Virus record (IMG/VR): IMGVR_UViG_3300043384_000010 | Location: 26,317-90,316 of that record | Strand: one strand, 5' to 3' | Source: a virus | Lineage: Duplodnaviria > Caudoviricetes | DNA length: 64,000 nucleotides | Part shown: in pieces, positions 58,901-64,000 of the stretch | Position numbering within the stretch: the first letter of the stretch is position 1 | Layout of the letters: each line of letters opens with the position of its first letter | Program-made: the position numbers and the translations under genes | Notes under the pieces: model-generated | What the model saw: the letters and a program-made list of their open reading frames with translations, nothing else | Database searches by the model: none | What the model was told of the DNA's origin: nothing

Positions 58901-60279
58901 AACAGGACAAACCGGCGGCCCTCAGGGGTCAGCGCAGCCATCTTCTGCCGCATCGTCTGCAACGACGCCGACGCCGCCAGTCCGGCCGACGTGGACGCCT
59001 GCAGCAACGCCCGCTGCGCCTGAACCACCTGCTGCTGCGCCTGCACTACCGAGCGAGCCGACTCCCGCTGGGCCTCCGCTGCGGCCTTTACGGCATCAGC
59101 GACCCCCTGCTCGGCGTCCACCTGCTTCTGCTTCGCATCCAACACGCCCTTCTGGGCGTCCTGGACCTTCTTCGACCCCTCGACGCCCTGCTGGACCGTG
59201 TCCTGCTGCTGCTGCGCAAGATCAGCGTTCGCGAGCTGGATTTCCGCGAGGTGATACTTGGCCTGGTCAAACGTGAGTTGTGCCTGGTCCCGCTCCGCCT
59301 TAGATGCAGCCGGGTCAGCGAGAACCTGGAAGTACTCCAGTTGGGCGCGTTGCAGGTCGAGGATCGCCTGCCGTTCATCGAGTTTCCCCGCCTGGATACG
59401 GTCCTTCAGGTCAAGCTGGTCTTGGGCGGCTTCCTTCCGCGCGTCAGCGAGCCGCTGCTCCGCATCTAGGACAGCCTCGGTGGCATCCCTCTCCGCCCTC
59501 TTGGCCTTCTCTATGGCCCTGGTGGACTGCTCCTGCGACTGCCGTCCCCGGCGGACAGCCTCAGTGACACCGTCCTGGGCGGCCTTGAGGGCGTCGTTGG
59601 CGTTGGCGAGCTGGAGCGCCCTAGAGGCCGCCGACGCGGACGTGTTGGCCTGCTTACCCTGCGCCTGCGTGACCGCTGCGACGGCCTGAATGACCGGCCA
59701 CAGGGCGAGGACGAGGACCCCGACCGCCCCGGCGGCGGCCATAGCGCCCAACGCGATACCAGCCATCGCCCCGGCACCTGCGGCAGCGATCGGGACCAGG
59801 GCCGGGCCGAGGAGGAGGATCGTCCCGACCAGGAATTGGGTTCGGGTCGCTGCACCCGCTGATGACGCTCCGAGTGAGTCGATCTGGCGGCGGGCGTTAC
59901 CTGTGTCTGCGTCAACGTTGACGGTGACGTCCTTGCCGCGGAGGCTCTCAATCTCCCGTCGGGCGCGTGCCGTGTCCGTGCGGACGTCGGCCTTGACGGT
60001 GACGTCCCGCATCCCGGCCTTGATTTGGGCGTTCGCGACCTTCGAGAATTCGCGGCCGAACTCCGAGCCCACCCGTACCCCGGCTTTCGCGCCCCCGGCC
60101 CGGTCTAGGCCCTGCGCTATTCCGTTGGCGATACGGTCGGCGATGACCTGACCCATCGCCCGGCCGATCTTCTGCGCCGCCTTGGTGGCGGACGCCAGCG
60201 CGTCGGCTTCGAGGCGCTGCCCGAACCCGGTGGTGTCCGGGGTGACCGGTACCTCAATTTCGCCAGCGAATGTGGCCAC
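55993..60279 (-). CDS. Tape measure protein with NlpC/P60-like domain
   Basis: 1428 aa Ala-rich helical protein; PYVWGGVGPSGYDCSG...H. Confidence 0.93.
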   Translation of the reverse strand: MATFAGEIEVPVTPDTTGFGQRLEADALASATKAAQKIGRAMGQVIADRIANGIAQGLDRAGGAKAGVRVGSEFGREFSKVANAQIKAGMRDVTVKADVRTDTARARREIESLRGKDVTVNVDADTGNARRQIDSLGASSAGAATRTQFLVGTILLLGPALVPIAAAGAGAMAGIALGAMAAAGAVGVLVLALWPVIQAVAAVTQAQGKQANTSASAASRALQLANANDALKAAQDGVTEAVRRGRQSQEQSTRAIEKAKRAERDATEAVLDAEQRLADARKEAAQDQLDLKDRIQAGKLDERQAILDLQRAQLEYFQVLADPAASKAERDQAQLTFDQAKYHLAEIQLANADLAQQQQDTVQQGVEGSKKVQDAQKGVLDAKQKQVDAEQGVADAVKAAAEAQRESARSVVQAQQQVVQAQRALLQASTSAGLAASASLQTMRQKMAALTPEGRRFVLFLTGPLKDALSGLSAEAQRGFLPGLQSGMQALLPMLPAVKASIGEVARTLGHLADEAGNALTGPWWRQFFTFASETAVPVLHMMGETVGDLITGFVGLLQAMAPAAMDFGRGLLDAARAFSEFGTSAQTNPGFQRFLDYVRDSGPKVVTLLKDLVDAAVNIAVAMAPAGVAVLGVVDAVAKFIGWMNPQVLAGVASGAIAIAVGLKAIGLAQSGILKARAALDGTASAATRLKSAMIGIGVGFAAAGVLDAVFRSGDQAQASVTQTEAALKKLAASGSVDALNKIFQATSNYGEDDVRGFTDALKRLTDPDLNQKLNDLAGTLSMGLIKSGQETLVQQMQQIDQTLSQLVQSGNADQAKRIFWELERNAFRAGVSVDDLKKQFPDYAAALDAASTNVKSAADAQRDLADQSKRVSDNLLQARGSETAYFQALDTATESIKTNGATLDVHTAKGRANRDALDNIAAASNTYTQKLADNGATHDVLGQKQEEARKQLVEVAKQMGMSKTEAEKYTASVLSIPKEATTKVQTPGAVESKSNVDGMKSAVDSLRASADRTESVWSRMWNSLRDSAMDPISFVIDTIINKGIIDTWNSLASFFGGKIQNRIPNPLDQIRTHGAEGFASGGAVRGPGSGTSDSIPAWLSSGEYVIPARIVQQLGVGFFDLIRGGRLDVAGDPSSLVVRRFADGGAVDATKAWLPSVNPLPYVWGGVGPSGYDCSGLSGEVYSRVTGGPSYRRVFTTLSLLANPGRFGLKPGRGALTFGVSDTHMDGNLAGLGFEARGRESGIIIGSGAKPTSAFPHEFFLSDLGGSHDEAGGLDIDPLHPVESVKRILAAVLAPLKQITGTPWGQMAAVMPRMAMDAVVQRAADLWNAKQVLKHLVPRFADGGLVGSPTLYDEGGWLQPGLTTVLNASRTPEPVFSGQQWDRLSQGGLVDNRPNLSVQVHNPVPETASESSTRMMRRLGYSRAGA

Positions 60280-60296
60280 CCCGGATCACTGCCTCT

Positions 60297-60797
60297 CTAC
60301 TGGGTTGGGAGTTCGAGCCCGTTCCTGAGGGCTTCCGCGCGGCGCCGTGTCAGGTCGGACCATCCCGACTGGCGTTCTTCGAGGGATCTCGGTTTCGCGT
60401 GCCCCTCGTCCACTCCGGGCCGCGGGAGGGGCTTCGGGGCTGGTGGCCGCTTGCCCTTCTCCCATTGGGCGAGAGCCCACGTCTGCTGCTGCACGACATC
60501 CACAAGGAGGGCCAGCAGCTGTTCGCCGTGTGACCAGGGGCCGTGGTTGCGGTCGCTGGTTTCGGCGGTGAGCCGCAGGTGGTCCTCTGGGGTGAGACCC
60601 TCACGGAGGGCAGTCATGTACGCGGATTCGGGCGGGAGGCTCTCGATGAGGGCTATGGCCCGCCGGTATGTGAGCCGTGATGCCCCGCCGTCGGGGCGCC
60701 ACAGGTCGCGGAGGTCGATCCGGTAGTAGCGTTGAAAGTCCGCCTCTACCTTCGACGCATGCGCCTCAAGGCCCGATTGGAGGGCCCGGATTCCCCC
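60297..60797 (-). CDS. Tail assembly chaperone -1 frameshift extension
   Basis: EADFQRYYRIDLRDLW ORF reached through slippery GGGGGAA (60797-60791). Confidence 0.8.
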   Translation of the reverse strand, partial: GGIRALQSGLEAHASKVEADFQRYYRIDLRDLWRPDGGASRLTYRRAIALIESLPPESAYMTALREGLTPEDHLRLTAETSDRNHGPWSHGEQLLALLVDVVQQQTWALAQWEKGKRPPAPKPLPRPGVDEGHAKPRSLEERQSGWSDLTRRRAEALRNGLELPTQ

Positions 60798-61180
60798 AGG
60801 CCGGCCCCGACCTCCTCGCCCATCGCCTGCATGAATGCGCCGAACTCGGCGTTGGTGGGGTCGAGGTCGAGCCACGCCTCGTAGTCGTCGGCGGGCATGA
60901 CCGCTTCGGCCCAGTCGTTGATGCTGCCCTCGTTGAGGGCGTCGTTGGTGGACTGCCGCCATTCCTGGCCCGGACGGATACGGAAGGTCAGGTCACCCCA
61001 CGGGACGGTGATCCATCCGGTTTCCTCGACCTCGACCTCGGTCCGCAGGCCAGTCGTCGCGTCGGCGGCTTCAGATGCGGCCATCTCTGCGGCGGTCGGC
61101 TTGCGTTGCACGGCCTTCGCGGGGGCACGCTTCCGGGCGGTGGGCGTCTTCCTGTCCTGCGGTTTGCGTGGTGCAGCCAT
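60746..61180 (-). CDS. Tail assembly chaperone
   Basis: Between the major tail and tape measure genes; ...AGLGES at the slippery site. Confidence 0.85.
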   Translation of the reverse strand: MAAPRKPQDRKTPTARKRAPAKAVQRKPTAAEMAASEAADATTGLRTEVEVEETGWITVPWGDLTFRIRPGQEWRQSTNDALNEGSINDWAEAVMPADDYEAWLDLDPTNAEFGAFMQAMGEEVGAGLGESGPSNRALRRMRRR

Positions 61181-61277
61181 TCTTGGTCTCCCTGGTGGGT
61201 GTTGTCTCCCTGGTGGTGTTCGTGTTCGGCGGGGCGCGGCGCCAGGGAGGGTCACCGCGCCCCGCGACCGTGGGGGC

Positions 61278-61874
61278 CTATGAGGAGGCCAACGCCGGGA
61301 TCAGGTAGTAGGAGTAGATGGAGATGTTGGAGGCGTCCGGGTAGCAGGTGATTTCCCCGGCATGGGTGATGGCGGCCCCGGCCGTCACCTTCTGCTCCTT
61401 GACGTCAGTCACCTCAGCGTTGGGGACGACGTGCCGGATGTGGTTTGTGTCGTCGACGATGTCGATGACGAAGGAATAGCGTTGGACGCCGACCACTCCG
61501 CGGCGGATGGTGAATGCGCCTGTCGCTGATGGTGCGATGGTGCCGAGGTCCAGTCGGTTTACGACTTCGAGGACGTCGAGCTTGTGTTCCATCCATTCGA
61601 CGTTGAAGGTGTGCTTGACGCCCTTGTTGACTTTCCGGACGATCGAGGCGGCCCCGAATGCTTCGATTTCCTCCCAGGATTCGTCTTGGCCGAGGGTGAC
61701 GCCGTCGGTGGAGACGTAGCCCATGCCGTTCCATGATGTGGAGACGGTCGTGAGGGCGGTGGTCGTGTTGGTTGGGAGGGTGGTTCCGGTGGGGGCGACC
61801 CAGAGGAGTTCGGCGCCGGTTGTTCCGCCGCCTGCTGCTGCGGCGATGACAAGGTTCGAGTTGGGGTTGGTCAT
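61278..61874 (-). CDS. Major tail (tube) protein
   Basis: LWVAPTGTTLP...MGYVSTDGV...EEIEAFG...FVIDIVD. Confidence 0.88.
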   Translation of the reverse strand: MTNPNSNLVIAAAAGGGTTGAELLWVAPTGTTLPTNTTTALTTVSTSWNGMGYVSTDGVTLGQDESWEEIEAFGAASIVRKVNKGVKHTFNVEWMEHKLDVLEVVNRLDLGTIAPSATGAFTIRRGVVGVQRYSFVIDIVDDTNHIRHVVPNAEVTDVKEQKVTAGAAITHAGEITCYPDASNISIYSYYLIPALASS

Positions 61875-61959
61875 GGGTTGTCTCCTTGTCTGGTGCCGTC
61901 TCGCGGCGTGCGTCAGCACCCGGCCGGGAGGGGGGTCGGGTGGAACTCTGGGGGGTTGG

Positions 61960-63066
61960 TTAGGTGCGGGTGCGGCGGGCGGTCACGCGGACGGTGAAGA
62001 CCTGCCGGTACAGGGTCGGGAGGCCGGGGTCGGGCATTTCACCGAGTCCGGTGATGTCCTCGACGTGTTCCACGAACGCGCCTGCATGGGTGGTGCCGGG
62101 GAGTGTGTGGAGGACGGCGTGGACGGTCGCTGCGGTGTCGCGTGCGCCCGCCTCGGTGGCAGCCCACACCTGCACGTTGATCAGGGCGCGGTCGATGCTG
62201 CCCCAGAAAACCGGTGTCGCGCCGGGGGGACGGTAGACGGCCACGTATGGGCCGGTAGCCGAGACGAGGGCGGGCAGGTTGTCTTCCACGGCACCAACCA
62301 CGGTCACCGTGGCGGGGAGGTCTGGTGATGCCTTGAGGCCGGTGATGACCGCAAGTTTCGTGTCGGGGAGAGTCCGGACGGGCTGGGTTAGGGCGCTGAG
62401 GACGGCCCACCGGAAGTCTGTGGAGACTCCCGTGATCGCACGGACGGGCCAGCGTGCGTCCAAGGAGGCGGGGCCAGTGAGGGCACGTACCGGCCACCTG
62501 GCGTCAAGGTCGGTTCCCGTGGTGGCGCGGGTGGGCCATTGGAGGGTGAGGGTCAGGCCGACGATTCCGGGGGCGCCTGCGACCTGCCATTGGAGGTCGA
62601 GGAGTGTCCCGGTGAGGGCCCGTACCTGCCAGCGGACGTCGGTGGACGCGCCTGTGGTGGCGCGGACAGCCCAACGGGCGTCCATGGTGGCGGCGACAGC
62701 GCGGCGGACTGGCCAGCGTGCGTCCAGTGCCGTCCCGGCCGTGGCCGAGACGGGCCATCTGGCGTCCACGGTCGTGCCGGTGGTGGCGCGCACTCCCCAA
62801 CGGGCGTCGAGGGTCTTCCCGACAGCCGACCAGACCTGCCACCGGCAGTCTGTGGACGCACCGGCTGTGGTCTTGACAGTCCACCGCAGGTCCGTCTCCG
62901 TCCCGGCAGTGGCGCGTACCTGCCAGCGGACGTCGGTGGGCACTCCCGCAGTCGCGCGGACAGCCCAACGGGCGTCGAGGGTGACGGCGACGGCGGCAGT
63001 CCCCCCCCCCGAGACGACCGCCTGCCCGCCCCCGTAGAGGGCGCCCGGGTAGGTCCCACCAAGCAT
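61960..63066 (-). CDS. Tail terminator-like domain fused to N-terminal 14-aa repeats
   Basis: About 14 copies of xxxD[AV]RWxVRAxxG; C-terminal DRALINVQVWAA...P.L.RQVFTVRV directly upstream of the tube gene. Confidence 0.7.
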   Translation of the reverse strand: MLGGTYPGALYGGGQAVVSGGGTAAVAVTLDARWAVRATAGVPTDVRWQVRATAGTETDLRWTVKTTAGASTDCRWQVWSAVGKTLDARWGVRATTGTTVDARWPVSATAGTALDARWPVRRAVAATMDARWAVRATTGASTDVRWQVRALTGTLLDLQWQVAGAPGIVGLTLTLQWPTRATTGTDLDARWPVRALTGPASLDARWPVRAITGVSTDFRWAVLSALTQPVRTLPDTKLAVITGLKASPDLPATVTVVGAVEDNLPALVSATGPYVAVYRPPGATPVFWGSIDRALINVQVWAATEAGARDTAATVHAVLHTLPGTTHAGAFVEHVEDITGLGEMPDPGLPTLYRQVFTVRVTARRTRT

Positions 63067-63110
63067 GACGGGACCTCCTCCCGGGCGTCGTGACGGTCAG
63101 GTGCGGTGGG

Positions 63111-63422
63111 TCAGACGGCGATGTCGGTGAGCAGGTCGATCAGGCCGCCGAGGGTCTGCGCGAGCTGCTGCGGGTCGGGCTGGATCTGGTCACGGATGTC
63201 CTGCAGTGCCTGGGCGTCGAGTTTCCCTGTGGAGGCGGGGACGAGGGCGGCGCGGGCCTCGGCGCGGGAGTCGAACCACCACCAGCCCTGGACGGGGTAT
63301 GTGACCTGCTCGTGGCCCTGGCGGTACAGCTCGTATCCGGGGCCGGTGACGTCGTACTGGGCCCAGTCGATGGCGTTGGGGTTGTCGGGGTTGAACTTGT
63401 AGAAACCGGAGGTGTCGGTCAT
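63111..63422 (-). CDS. Hypothetical protein following the LRR gene
   Basis: TSGFYK...GPGYELYR...YPVQGWWWFDS. Confidence 0.65.
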   Translation of the reverse strand: MTDTSGFYKFNPDNPNAIDWAQYDVTGPGYELYRQGHEQVTYPVQGWWWFDSRAEARAALVPASTGKLDAQALQDIRDQIQPDPQQLAQTLGGLIDLLTDIAV

Positions 63423-64000
63423 ACGAGTGCCCATCCTTTGCTGGTTGCGATGGTCTTGTCGCCGGCGGTGAGGTCTGACCATCCGTGGGTGTTGGCGACG
63501 GTGAGGTTTTGGGCGCCGCCTGAGGCGTTGCCGAGGTCGGTGAAGATGGCGACGAGTTCCGGACGGCCGAGTTTGCAGCCGGTGTAGGAGATGGCGAATA
63601 TGCCGCCGGTGAGGGGTGCGGAGGAGAGGGATGGGCAGGAGCCGAAGATGCTTGCGAGGTTTCCGGTGATGACCGCTGAGGCGGTCAGGGCGGGAACACT
63701 CACAAGCGAAGCGCAGGAGTAGAACATGGAGCTCATGTTGGTGACGGCGCCCGTCGAGAACAGTGGCACCGACACAAGCGAAGCGCAGGACTGGAACATG
63801 GAGCTCATGTTGGTGACGGCGCCCGTCGAGAACAGTGGCACCGACACAAGCGAATAGCAGGACTGGAACATGGAGCTCATGTTGGTGACGGCGCCCGTCG
63901 AGAACAGTGGCACCGACACAAGCGAATAGCAGGACTGGAACATGTAGCTCATGTTGGTGACGGCGCCCGTCGAGAACAGTGGCACCGACACAAGCGAAGC
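63419..64000 (-). CDS. BspA/DUF285-type leucine-rich repeat protein (5' part outside the window)
   Basis: 22-aa repeats SLVSVPLFSTGAVTNMSSMFQSC encoded as 66-bp tandem repeats. Confidence 0.85.
   Translation of the reverse strand, partial: ASLVSVPLFSTGAVTNMSYMFQSCYSLVSVPLFSTGAVTNMSSMFQSCYSLVSVPLFSTGAVTNMSSMFQSCASLVSVPLFSTGAVTNMSSMFYSCASLVSVPALTASAVITGNLASIFGSCPSLSSAPLTGGIFAISYTGCKLGRPELVAIFTDLGNASGGAQNLTVANTHGWSDLTAGDKTIATSKGWALV

Noticed and set aside
60791-60797. GGGGGAA programmed frameshift as a novelty
   Set aside because: Standard tail assembly chaperone -1 frameshift of siphoviruses.
63690-64000. Variable repeats as a diversity-generating retroelement
   Set aside because: No reverse transcriptase and no adenine-specific template/variable repeat pair in the window.

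Overview
The window is most of a high-GC actinobacterial temperate siphovirus genome; head and terminase genes lie outside it. The large serine integrase sits mid-sequence with phage genes on both sides, so this looks like the free or circular form. Layout: 1-6.3 kb accessory genes (- strand). 6.3-14.0 kb is an oppositely oriented Streptomyces-type conjugation module: divergent GntR/Kor-like repressor, Xis-like HTH, HTH-WhiB fusion, Spd-like membrane proteins, two inverted arrays of a GACCTGTC octamer resembling a clt, a TraB/FtsK translocase and a DUF2637/SpdA-like protein. 14-31 kb is the early replication/recombination operon: C5 methylase, DnaB, helicase loader, initiator with iterons, DnaN, RuvC-like resolvase, BldD-like regulator, Gam, AAA recombinase. 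Then come the immunity repressor (31.3 kb), serine integrase (36.3-38.0 kb) and a second, tyrosine, recombinase (43.8 kb). Lysis and tail genes occupy 50.8-64 kb (- strand). Two TnpA-less RHH+TnpB elements (IS605-type and IS607-type) and a 280-bp remnant of the latter are present; in all three cases the empty target site can be reconstructed. The main candidate for an undescribed system is a tailed phage carrying a TraB/clt/Spd/Kor dsDNA transfer apparatus, together with mimics of host developmental regulators. All protein family assignments are by eye from motifs; no database searches were run.
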